From: Longimicrobiales bacterium
GTDB lineage: Bacteria; Gemmatimonadota; Gemmatimonadetes; Longimicrobiales; Gaopeijiaceae
NCBI GenBank assembly: GCA_965116905.1
Contig: OZ220732.1
Span: 2,272,001-2,336,000, forward strand
Length of the DNA: 64,000 bases
Reading direction: 5' to 3'
Position numbers and translations under genes: made by a program. The notes under the pieces are model-generated. The model did no database searches. It was not told the DNA's origin and saw only the letters and a list, made by a program, of their open reading frames with translations. Shown here one piece after another: positions 52,638 through 61,528 of this stretch. Position 1 is the stretch's first letter. The number at the start of each line of letters is the position of its first letter.

Positions 52638-54152
52638 ATGAACAACGCAGCCACGGGCATGAACATCTGCCGATCCTTCAAGCATGGCCCGAGGGCAAAG
52701 CCGGGCCTGTGGCCGGTGTCGGCGTTCTTCGCCGCCCTGCTCCTCTCTGCCTGCGGCGGCGACGAGGAGACCCCGGTCGCCCCGCCGCCGCCCCCACCCC
52801 CGCCGCCCCAGGAGCCCAACGTGCTCCCGACGGCCGCCTTCGCGCTCGACGTGGACCTTGGCGAGGTGCCTCTCGAGGTGAGCTTCGACGCTTCGTCGTC
52901 GACCGATTCGGACGGCAGCCTGGTTTCGTACGCGTGGAGGTTCGGCGACGGCGGCACGGGGTCGGGCGTTCGCACGACGCACACCTACGGGGAGCCGGGA
53001 AGGTACCGGGTCGACCTGACCGTCACCGACGACCGCGGAGACACGGCGTCCGCGCGCGGTGCCGTGGTTGCCTACAGTCCCCCGGGGAGCGGACCCAACG
53101 CCGTCGCGGGCACGGTGTGGTTCGACCGTGACATGGACGGCGCCCTGGACGACGAAGAACGCCGGCTGGGTGGCTTTGCGGTCTTCGTCGACGAAAACGG
53201 CAACGGAGCCTACGACAACGGCGAGAGGTTCACCCTGTCGGCCCCGGACGGCACCTACGAACTGGCGGGACTCGATCTGGGCACCAGCCACACGGTCTCC
53301 CAATTCCTGGAATTCGGCTGGACCAGCACGTTCGCGGGACCGGCCGCGCCCCCCTCGGATGCGCTGCCACCCGGGACTGCGGCGATCGTCAACGGCGACA
53401 ACGCCGACATCGAGGCGTTCCCGTTCCAGGTGGCCCTGCGGACCAGCGAGACCCAGTTCCAGTTCTGCGGCGGGACCCTGATCAACAGCCGCTGGGTGTT
53501 GACGGCCGCCCACTGCGTTGCGGGCGCCCCCGCCAGCGAAATCGAAGTCCTCGTCGGCAGCGCCGATCTGAACACCGGCGGCGAGCGCGTGCCCGTGCAG
53601 GCGGTCCGGTTCCATCCGAGCTTCGGCGCCACGATCGACTACGACGTCGCGCTGCTGCGGCTTCCGGATCCGCTGCTGCGCCCCCGTGTCTACCTGCAGC
53701 GGCGCGACCAGCCGGCCTATTCCGAGCCCGGCGACACGGCCACCGCCATCGGCTGGGGACAGACCGAAACGGGCGACCCGTCCGACGTGCTTAAGAAAAC
53801 GACCCTGCCGATCATTACGAACTCCGATTGCGACAAGATCGCGGGCATCTTCTTCTCCCGCATCACGGAGCGCGTGATCTGCGCCGGGGCGGAGCGCCTG
53901 GACCGGGGCATCTGCTTCGGAGACAGCGGCGGTCCGCTACTCGTGCCGTACGAAGAGTCGTGGATGGAGGTGGGGATTTCGAGCTTCCTGGTCAACCGGG
54001 ACCAGTGCGGCAACATCCCGACCGCGTTTGCGCGCGTCTCCGAACTGTACGACTACATCGTCTCCATCGCGCGGATCGAGGACTCGCTGGCCTACGAAGT
54101 CGACTGGAGCGAAGGGACCACGGTGCGGGTCGACTTCGGCAACTTCCACTAG
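52638..54152 (+). CDS. Lipoprotein: PKD + SdrD-B-like + S1 (trypsin-fold) serine protease
   Basis: LLSAC lipobox, poly-Pro, FDASSS.D.DG...W.FGDG PKD, GTVWFDRDMDG, IVNG, LTAAHC, DVALL, GDSGGP. Confidence 0.88.
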   Translation: MNNAATGMNICRSFKHGPRAKPGLWPVSAFFAALLLSACGGDEETPVAPPPPPPPPPQEPNVLPTAAFALDVDLGEVPLEVSFDASSSTDSDGSLVSYAWRFGDGGTGSGVRTTHTYGEPGRYRVDLTVTDDRGDTASARGAVVAYSPPGSGPNAVAGTVWFDRDMDGALDDEERRLGGFAVFVDENGNGAYDNGERFTLSAPDGTYELAGLDLGTSHTVSQFLEFGWTSTFAGPAAPPSDALPPGTAAIVNGDNADIEAFPFQVALRTSETQFQFCGGTLINSRWVLTAAHCVAGAPASEIEVLVGSADLNTGGERVPVQAVRFHPSFGATIDYDVALLRLPDPLLRPRVYLQRRDQPAYSEPGDTATAIGWGQTETGDPSDVLKKTTLPIITNSDCDKIAGIFFSRITERVICAGAERLDRGICFGDSGGPLLVPYEESWMEVGISSFLVNRDQCGNIPTAFARVSELYDYIVSIARIEDSLAYEVDWSEGTTVRVDFGNFH

Positions 54153-54168
54153 CGCCCGCCGCCGCCCC

Positions 54169-55182
54169 TCACGACACGTACTCCCTGAGCTTCGCCACCT
54201 GGTCGTGGTCGCCGAGCACGATCAGGTCGTCGCCGGCGCCGAGCCGCATGTCGGCCCTCGGGTTGAACAGGATGTCCTTGCCGGCGTCGCCGTGCTTGCT
54301 GACCGCGATCACGACCAGCCCGGTCCGCTCCGGGATCCGCGCCTCTTCCAGCGTCCGTCCCAGGATCTTCGACCGCCCGCCGACCGTGGCCTGGTCGATG
54401 TGGCGCGAGAGGTGAACCCCGGTGGAGGTCACGTCGAGGAATGAGGCGACGGACGGCCGGGTGAGCAGCGAGGCCACCCATACGGCCCCGGTCACGTTCG
54501 GGCTGACCACGTGATCGGCGCCGGCCTGATACATCTTGGCCGTCGCCGACTGGCCCTCGGCCCGTGCGATGACCACCAGCTTCGAATTCAGGTGACGGGC
54601 CGACAGGCAGACGAAGAGGTTGTCCGCGTCGGCCGAAAGGCAGGTGACGAGGCCCATGGCGGAATCGACGCCCGCTCGTCTGAGCACGCGGTCCTCGGCC
54701 GCATTGTCGTCGACGATCAGCACGTCGGGATCGACGTTGCGCAGGGCATCGCCCGCCTCGGGGTCCCTCTCGATCACGACGTACTCCTTCTTCGCGCCGA
54801 TCAGCTCCACGATGACCTGGGTCCCCATCCTCCCGGCGCCGCACACGATCACATGGTCCTTCATGCGACGAATCCTTTTCATGGTTGTACGCTTTTTGTA
54901 CGTGTTGCGTAGGTCCATCCGCACCATCGACGTGGTGATCAGGGCGAACCACGCGGCCAGTCCCGTGAGCCCGCCGATGAGCATGCATATCGTCCAGTAG
55001 CGGCCCGCCTGGGTCAGAGGGTGCACCTCGTGGTAGCCGACCGCGGTGATCGTAATGATCGTCATGTAGAACGAGTCGGCCCAGTTCCACCCCTCGATCC
55101 ACGCGTAGCCGACGGTCCCGACGCCGACGAGCAGCAGGAAGAAGGCCACGACCATCGCGACCTGGGAACCGCGAAAGATCAT
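54169..55182 (-). CDS. 2TM potassium channel with TrkA-N/TrkA-C (RCK) domains, MthK-like
   Basis: YMTIITITAVGYHEVHP pore, VIVCGAGRMG Rossmann motif, GADHVVSP, FNP...GDDLIVLG. Confidence 0.9.
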   Translation of the reverse strand: MIFRGSQVAMVVAFFLLLVGVGTVGYAWIEGWNWADSFYMTIITITAVGYHEVHPLTQAGRYWTICMLIGGLTGLAAWFALITTSMVRMDLRNTYKKRTTMKRIRRMKDHVIVCGAGRMGTQVIVELIGAKKEYVVIERDPEAGDALRNVDPDVLIVDDNAAEDRVLRRAGVDSAMGLVTCLSADADNLFVCLSARHLNSKLVVIARAEGQSATAKMYQAGADHVVSPNVTGAVWVASLLTRPSVASFLDVTSTGVHLSRHIDQATVGGRSKILGRTLEEARIPERTGLVVIAVSKHGDAGKDILFNPRADMRLGAGDDLIVLGDHDQVAKLREYVS

Positions 55183-55241
55183 GGGCGCCGCTCGTAGGTC
55201 ATGGGTACCGCTCGAAGATCATGGGCGCCGCTCGAAGATCA
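55176..55241 (-). repeat. 3 x 20-bp tandem repeat at gene junction
   Basis: AGATCATGGGCGCCGCTCG(A/T)-like unit x3, spanning the hydrolase stop and the channel start. Confidence 0.9.
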
Positions 55242-56673
55242 GATCGCGCACCCGCACGCCCGTCACGGTGAAGCCGCTCAGGCGGCCCGCCCCGTCGCGC
55301 ACGAAGCGCACCTCGGGCAGGAACCACTGGTCGCCGGTGAATTCGTCCTCACCGGTCGGCGACAGCACGCTCGGGTCGTTGCGCCAGTGGCTGGCGACGA
55401 GCCGTCCCTCTGCGTCCACATCCAGGTCGTAGGTGCTGTCCAGCTCCGGACTGCGGTAGCTGCCCGCGTACTCCCGCAGTTGATCGGCGGTCAGCGACGG
55501 GCCCTCGGGTTCGGGCTCGGGCTCCGGGGTCTCGGGTTCGGGCCCCATGAGGTTGCCGACGTAGACCTCGGCCACCCTGCGCGCGCGCCCGGCCGGGTCG
55601 CAGTCCGAGACGTTGCAGAAGATGGCGATCGAGAGGTTCTGCTCCGGGAAGCGCGTGAAGTTGGTGCGGTAGCCCACCCACGAGCCGCCGTGCCCGAAGG
55701 TGGGAAGCCCGCGGTAGTCCCCGACCGAGAGCCCGTGGGCATAGTCGAGCGTGTCGCCGTTGGTCAGCACGCCCGCTTGCACCATCGTGCGCAGCATCTC
55801 CTCGCCGCCCACCTCTGCCGTCTCGTAGTTGCGCATCCAGCGGATGAAGTCGTCGATCGAGGTGTGCAGCGACGAGGAAGCGAGCGCCGTCAGCTGGTTC
55901 GGCAACCGCTGAAAGCCCTCGCCCGCGCGTTCACCCTCGCCCAGGCCCCCGGCCAGGCCCATCGGCGCGTACGACTCCGCCCGTCCGGGAACGATCTCCA
56001 GGTAGTCATCCGAAAAATGCGTCCGCGTCATCCCCAGCGGCCCGAAGATCCGCGACTCGGTGTACTCGCGGAACGTCATCCCCGACTGCACCTCGATCAC
56101 GCGCGCCAGCAGGTTGTAACCGGTATTCGAATACGCGTACTCGGAGTTCGGCGGGAAGTTGATCGCCTGCTGGTGTTGCAGCATGCGCAGGATCTTCTCG
56201 AACGAGATCACGTCCGTGAACCCGATCCCTCCGAGCGCCATCGTGTGCGGCCAATCCCGGATCCCGCTCGTGTGGTGGATCAGGTGCCGGGCCGTGATGA
56301 CCGCGCCGAAGTCCGGCAGCTCGGGAACGTAGGTGCGCACATCGGCGTCCAGGTCCAGGTTGCCTTCGGATTCGAGGAGAAGAGCGGCCATGGCCCCGAA
56401 TTGCTTGGATATCGACGCGATGTCGAAAACCGTTCCCGGGGTGATGGGAATGCCGTGATCCATGTGCGCGGTGCCGTAACCCGCGCGATGCACCACCTCG
56501 CCGCCCATCACGACCCCCACAGCCGCGCCGGGACGGTCGCCGGCCAGGTCGGCGAAGATGGCGTCGACGTCCGGATTGGTGGGGCCGCCGGACGCGGGAG
56601 GTGGGGGCGCACAACCGGCAAGCCATGCGATCGAGAATGCGGCAAGCGTTGCCGTCAGTGGTATCCGTTTCAT
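55219..56673 (-). CDS. Serine hydrolase (beta-lactamase/D-aminopeptidase family) lipoprotein
   Basis: LAGC lipobox, FDIASISK (SxxK), YSNTGY, HGGS. Confidence 0.92.
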   Translation of the reverse strand: MKRIPLTATLAAFSIAWLAGCAPPPPASGGPTNPDVDAIFADLAGDRPGAAVGVVMGGEVVHRAGYGTAHMDHGIPITPGTVFDIASISKQFGAMAALLLESEGNLDLDADVRTYVPELPDFGAVITARHLIHHTSGIRDWPHTMALGGIGFTDVISFEKILRMLQHQQAINFPPNSEYAYSNTGYNLLARVIEVQSGMTFREYTESRIFGPLGMTRTHFSDDYLEIVPGRAESYAPMGLAGGLGEGERAGEGFQRLPNQLTALASSSLHTSIDDFIRWMRNYETAEVGGEEMLRTMVQAGVLTNGDTLDYAHGLSVGDYRGLPTFGHGGSWVGYRTNFTRFPEQNLSIAIFCNVSDCDPAGRARRVAEVYVGNLMGPEPETPEPEPEPEGPSLTADQLREYAGSYRSPELDSTYDLDVDAEGRLVASHWRNDPSVLSPTGEDEFTGDQWFLPEVRFVRDGAGRLSGFTVTGVRVRDLIFERRP

Positions 56674-56892
56674 GCGTCGGCCTCCTGATGCCCGGTAATC
56701 GTGACACTTGGCTGCCACGGTGGCGCGGACGTGCGTCGATTGCAATAGCGGTGCGTGGCGGGGCCCGACCCACGGCCTGCCGACGCTGCTATGAGCCCTT
56801 CACAATCCGGTAGCGGACGATGTAGTCGACGCCGAGCCGTGCCCCTGCCAGGAGCGGAAACGGATGCTTCGCGGGCGTGTTGGCCGTCGTTT

Positions 56893-56930
56893 TGCGACAA
56901 TTTCGGACAAAGATGCGACAAAAACGGACA
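56893..56930. promoter_or_regulatory. 21-bp-period direct repeat, candidate activator site
   Basis: TGCGACAAtttCGGACA and TGCGACAAaaaCGGACA between divergent genes. Confidence 0.5.
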
Positions 56931-56948
56931 TTGGCCATATTGTCTATC

Positions 56949-59777
56949 ATGATCGAAGTCACCGGTAACGTAAGAAGGCGCCCTGCATCAGTGCGCCCTC
57001 CATCAGTATACCCCCTCGCCACCGGGTGGTGCCTCCTTTTCACCCTGTTCTCGCTTACCCCGAGCTCTGCGGCCGCACAGGCCGGCATGGAGGGCACGGT
57101 CCGCCACGCGGCAACAGCAGCGCCCCTCGCCGGTGTGCAGGTCAGTATGCCGGCGCTCAGCCTGGGCGGCCTCACCGATCCGGGCGGAAACTACGCGATC
57201 TCGGACATCCCCGCCGGGACGCACACGGTCGAGTTCAGCAGGATCGGCTTCGCCACCGAGGTCCGGGAGGTCACGCTGGCCGACGGCCAGACCTTGCAAC
57301 TGGACCTGGCGCTGCGCGAAACAGCGGTCGCGCTCGAGGGACTGGTCGCGGTGGGCAGCCGGGCGCGGCCTCGCACCGTCACGCAATCGGCCGTGCCGAT
57401 CGACGCCATCGCCTCGCAGGACTTCATCGACCAGGGCGACACGGACCTGAACGACCTTCTCCGCACGGTGATCCCCTCCTTCAACGTCAATCCGCAGGCC
57501 GTGGGGGACGCGGCCCGGATCATCCGGCCCGCCAGTCTGCGCGGACTGGCCCCCGACCACACCCTGGTGCTGGTCAACGGCAAGCGCCGCCACCGCGCGG
57601 CGGTGATCACCTGGATCGGCGGCGGGTTCGCCGACGGCGCCCAGGGGCCCGACATCTCGTCGATCCCCGCGATTGCGGTGCGCCAGGCCGAGGTGCTCCG
57701 CGACGGGGCGTCGGCACAGTACGGCTCCGACGCGATCGCCGGGGTGATGAACTTCACGCTCAAGGACGCTCCCTCCGGCGGAAGCATCGAGTTCCGCACG
57801 GGCACGTTCATGGAGGGCGACGGCGAGTCCTACACGCTGGCGGGCAACATCGGGCTCCCGCTCGGCGAGAGCGGGTTCGCCAATCTCAGCGCCGAGTTCG
57901 GCGCGTCGAACCCGACCAGCCGGAGCGTGCAGCGGGACGACGCTGCGGCGCTGATCGCGGCGGGGAATACGCACGTCCGCGACCCGGCCCAGATCTGGGG
58001 GGCGTTCGACGTCGACAACGACCTCAAGCTATGGGGCAATTTCGGGCACTTCGTCCGCGACGGCCTGCAGCTCTACGGGCACGCCAACTACTCGACCGAG
58101 ACCATCACCGGCGGCTTCTTCTTCCGCAACCCGAACACCCGCGCGGGGGTCTACAGCCTCGACGGCGGCAAGACGCTGCTGGTCGGCGACCTGCTCGACG
58201 CCCGCGACGGCGTGCTCGACGGCTCGGCCGGGTGTCCGGTGGTCAACATCACCAACTGGGTCCCGGACCCGGTCGCGCTGGCCCGCGTGTTCGAGGATCC
58301 CAACTGCTTCACCTTCCAGGAACTCTTCCCCGGGGGCTTCACGCCCCAGTTCGGGGGCGACGCAATGGACGGATCGGTCGTTGCGGGGGTCAAGGGACAG
58401 ACCGGGGGCGGGCTGCTGTGGGATGCCAGCGTCGTCATGGGACGCAACGCGATCGACTTCTTCATCGACAACACGGTGAACGCGTCGCTGGGTCCGGAGT
58501 CCCCTTCGTCCTTCGACCCCGGCCTCTACCAGCAGTCGGAGCTGAACCTCAACGTCGACCTGAACTATGCGGTGAACGACGTGGTCAACGTCGCCGGCGG
58601 CGCGGAGTTCCGCGACGAACACTTCAAGATCGGGCTCGGCGACGACGCGTCGTGGGTGATCGGGCCCTTCGCCGCGCAGGGGTTCAGCTCCGGCTCGAAC
58701 GGTTTCCCCGGCTTCAGCGACATTGCGGCGGGGGCGTGGCACCGGGTCAACTTCGCGGTGTACGGGGACCTGGAGATGAGAAGCCGGGACGACCGGTGGA
58801 CGCTCGGCGCCGCGCTCCGCACCGAGCGCTTCGCGGACTTCGGGACCACGGCGAACGGGAAGGTGGCGGGCCGGCTCGCCCTTGGCGACGCGCTGGCCGT
58901 CCGCGGCAGCCTCAGCACCGGGTTCAGGGCGCCGACGCCGGGGCAGCAGAACGCATTCAACGTGACCACCGGATTCGACAGGACGCTGCGGGAGCTGGTC
59001 AACAACGGCACGATTCCCTCGACGTCGAGAGTGGCGGAAGTCGTGGGCGGCAAGCCGCTCGACGCCGAGAAGTCGGTGAACGCCAGTCTCGGCTTCGTGG
59101 TCGACGCAGGGGCGTTCAGTGTGTCGGCGGACTACTTCCGGATCGCGCTCTCGGACCGAATCGCGCTCAGTCAGGTGTTTTCGCTCGACCCGGCGGACGC
59201 CGAGCGCCTCATCGCGGAGGGGATCACGAGCGCGCGGAACCTGGCCAACTTCCGCTTCTTCACCAACGAGTTCGACACCCGCACGCAGGGGATCGACGTG
59301 GTGGCGTCGTTCGTGCCCGGTGCGGGCGCCGGGACGGGCGACGCGGGCGGGGCGGGCGGCACCGAGTTCAGCCTCGCGTTCAACCACACGAACACGAGGG
59401 TGACCCGCTACAACCCCCAGGTGCTCGACGAGGTGCGCATCCGGCAACTGGAAGACGCGCTGCCCGGCACGCGCTGGATGGCATCGGCGCGGAGGACCCT
59501 GGGCGGCATCTCGGCGCTGGCACGGCTGAGCTACTACGCCGGCTGGTTCGATGCGCGCGACGACCGCGCCTATCCCGGCGAGTCCCTCATCGACCTGGAG
59601 GCGTCCTACCCGGTGACCGAGGCGGCGAGCGTCACCATCGGTGCGCAAAACGCGCTCAACCGGTATCCCCAGGAGAACCCCGACGCGGCAATGGTGGCGG
59701 GGAACCGCTACAGCTCACAGACCCCCTTCGGCGCCAGCGGCGGATTCGTGTACGTGAAGGCGGGGTATCGCTGGTAG
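56949..59777 (+). CDS. TonB-dependent receptor with N-terminal carboxypeptidase-regulatory-like domain
   Basis: VAVGSR TonB-box region, LRGLAPDHTLVLVNGKRRH, VLRDGASAQYGSDAIAGV, GFRAPT, terminal aromatic; start uncertain. Confidence 0.93.
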   Translation: MIEVTGNVRRRPASVRPPSVYPLATGWCLLFTLFSLTPSSAAAQAGMEGTVRHAATAAPLAGVQVSMPALSLGGLTDPGGNYAISDIPAGTHTVEFSRIGFATEVREVTLADGQTLQLDLALRETAVALEGLVAVGSRARPRTVTQSAVPIDAIASQDFIDQGDTDLNDLLRTVIPSFNVNPQAVGDAARIIRPASLRGLAPDHTLVLVNGKRRHRAAVITWIGGGFADGAQGPDISSIPAIAVRQAEVLRDGASAQYGSDAIAGVMNFTLKDAPSGGSIEFRTGTFMEGDGESYTLAGNIGLPLGESGFANLSAEFGASNPTSRSVQRDDAAALIAAGNTHVRDPAQIWGAFDVDNDLKLWGNFGHFVRDGLQLYGHANYSTETITGGFFFRNPNTRAGVYSLDGGKTLLVGDLLDARDGVLDGSAGCPVVNITNWVPDPVALARVFEDPNCFTFQELFPGGFTPQFGGDAMDGSVVAGVKGQTGGGLLWDASVVMGRNAIDFFIDNTVNASLGPESPSSFDPGLYQQSELNLNVDLNYAVNDVVNVAGGAEFRDEHFKIGLGDDASWVIGPFAAQGFSSGSNGFPGFSDIAAGAWHRVNFAVYGDLEMRSRDDRWTLGAALRTERFADFGTTANGKVAGRLALGDALAVRGSLSTGFRAPTPGQQNAFNVTTGFDRTLRELVNNGTIPSTSRVAEVVGGKPLDAEKSVNASLGFVVDAGAFSVSADYFRIALSDRIALSQVFSLDPADAERLIAEGITSARNLANFRFFTNEFDTRTQGIDVVASFVPGAGAGTGDAGGAGGTEFSLAFNHTNTRVTRYNPQVLDEVRIRQLEDALPGTRWMASARRTLGGISALARLSYYAGWFDARDDRAYPGESLIDLEASYPVTEAASVTIGAQNALNRYPQENPDAAMVAGNRYSSQTPFGASGGFVYVKAGYRW

Positions 59778-59792
59778 GGAGAGGCGTCGGTA

Positions 59793-60860
59793 TCAGGCGC
59801 GGTCCGCGTCAGGCGGGGCGGCCTCGGGCAGGCTGGCCTCCGGCGGGCTGGCCGTCCCCTCCGTCTTGCCCTCCCGGTGCTCCTTCATGAATTCCTCCGT
59901 CCCTTCAGGCAGGAACAGGTTGTCGGAAATGTCCGCGATCTCCTCGGCGTCCCGCCAGGCCTGCTCCAGCAGCCAGAGCTCGCCTTCCAGCGCGCGGCGT
60001 TCCTGCTCTTCGTGGAGCGCCATCTCGAGTGCCAGCTTGGTGGGTTTGGGCATCTTGTTGATGTAGCCGGGCACGCCCTTCTTGTCCTTGAACCGGTCTC
60101 CCTCGGCCACGTCGAGCAGGAAGCGCTCCGGGTGGCCGAGGGTCTCGATTTCCGTCACCGCGTCCTGGACCGTCTCCTTCGTGCCGCCCATCGAGTTCAT
60201 TCTTGGCAGGATCGATCCGGCGAAGCGGCGGGCCTCGGGGCCCTCGTGCCAGGTTTTCTTCTTCCCCTTGCGCACCTGGACCTTGAAGCCGAGATCGTCG
60301 TCGGACGGACGCACCCGCGTGCCCAGCAGGTCCTGGCGCTTGAGCTTGATGGTCCCGCCCCCTTCGGGGTGCAGCTTGACGAGCGTGCGGGAGTTCATCC
60401 ACATGTTGACGAAGTTGCCGGACTGGCTGAGCATGAAGCCGCTGAAGATGCCCGCGGCGGCCCCCCCGATCATGATTCCTCCGAAGACGGCGACACCGGC
60501 GGCGCCATACAGGATCGCCTTTCGCCGCCGTCGCCCGAACTGGTCGCCGTAGCGCCAGGCAGCGAACTCGGGCCGCATGGGCTCGCCGATCCGGACCAGC
60601 GTCAGCCCCTCGGGATGGCGCGCGAGCCCGATGTTGTCGGTCGAGACGCGGATGCGGGTATCGCGGAAGATCCGTTCGCAGTCCTCGACCGCCTCCCAGC
60701 GCTCCTCGAGCGGCGTGAGATTCCAGCGCTCGCACTTCCTGCACACCACCCAGAGCCGCCCGCGCGCGGCGTCGAAGGCGAGTCGGCGCCCGACGGGGAA
60801 CGACTCGATGACCTCGTTCGCGCCCAGGGGCTTGCGGCAGAACATGCACGACTTGTACAA
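59793..60860 (-). CDS. Conserved-looking hypothetical protein with N-terminal 4-Cys Zn-ribbon and one TM segment
   Basis: TTG start with AGGAGG RBS; CMFC...CRKC; TM; ALEMALHEEQERRALEGEL. Confidence 0.8.
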   Translation of the reverse strand: MYKSCMFCRKPLGANEVIESFPVGRRLAFDAARGRLWVVCRKCERWNLTPLEERWEAVEDCERIFRDTRIRVSTDNIGLARHPEGLTLVRIGEPMRPEFAAWRYGDQFGRRRRKAILYGAAGVAVFGGIMIGGAAAGIFSGFMLSQSGNFVNMWMNSRTLVKLHPEGGGTIKLKRQDLLGTRVRPSDDDLGFKVQVRKGKKKTWHEGPEARRFAGSILPRMNSMGGTKETVQDAVTEIETLGHPERFLLDVAEGDRFKDKKGVPGYINKMPKPTKLALEMALHEEQERRALEGELWLLEQAWRDAEEIADISDNLFLPEGTEEFMKEHREGKTEGTASPPEASLPEAAPPDADRA

Positions 60861-61045
60861 GGCCCCTCCTGTTGACGTAGCGGCACACGCGCCGTAACCA
60901 AAGTAGGATACGAGGTTGGCTGGCGCGTTGTTCACCCGGGGCGTCCACCGCTACGGTGACAACGGAGGTGGTCTGCAGCGTGCTGCCACGCGAGCGGGTC
61001 ACGCACGAAACGATGGCGACGAGAAGCGCCGCTCGTTTCTTCAAT

Positions 61046-61507
61046 TCATCGCAGGCTCACGTTCACGGCGAACTCCAACTGCCGGTGCATATTGGGCCGG
61101 ATCGCGAAGCCGGTTTCGACCCCCCGCCCCTCGCGCACCGCCTCGTTCCTGTCCCGGGCCGCACGGTTCCAGTCCCCTGCCGTGCGCCACGCCGACACTA
61201 TGCTCCACACCCAGCCGCCGCACCCCAACAACAATCCTACTTCGTGGAGAGTCGTAACGGTCCCTGTCCGCATGGCATGCCCTGTTGCCAGGAGGCCGGC
61301 CACACGGGGCACCGCCGGCGCGATGCCGCGCCTGGGGTCGCCCGCGTACGCATGACCCAAGAAGGGGAAGAGGAATTCGAGCGTCGCGGCGCCCCACTCC
61401 GAACGCAGCGGTAGCACATCGTCGTCGTCTGGAAGCTGGGCGGCAACGGGAGCGACCGCGACGGCCGAGAGAACGGTAGCGAGCATGAAAGCTGTACGTC
61501 GTCTCAT
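61046..61507 (-). CDS. Hypothetical exported/membrane protein
   Basis: GGAGA RBS, signal peptide, PFLGHAYAG motif, hydrophobic segments. Confidence 0.6.
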   Translation of the reverse strand: MRRRTAFMLATVLSAVAVAPVAAQLPDDDDVLPLRSEWGAATLEFLFPFLGHAYAGDPRRGIAPAVPRVAGLLATGHAMRTGTVTTLHEVGLLLGCGGWVWSIVSAWRTAGDWNRAARDRNEAVREGRGVETGFAIRPNMHRQLEFAVNVSLR

Positions 61508-61528
61508 GGGTGTCTCCTTCGGGATAGG

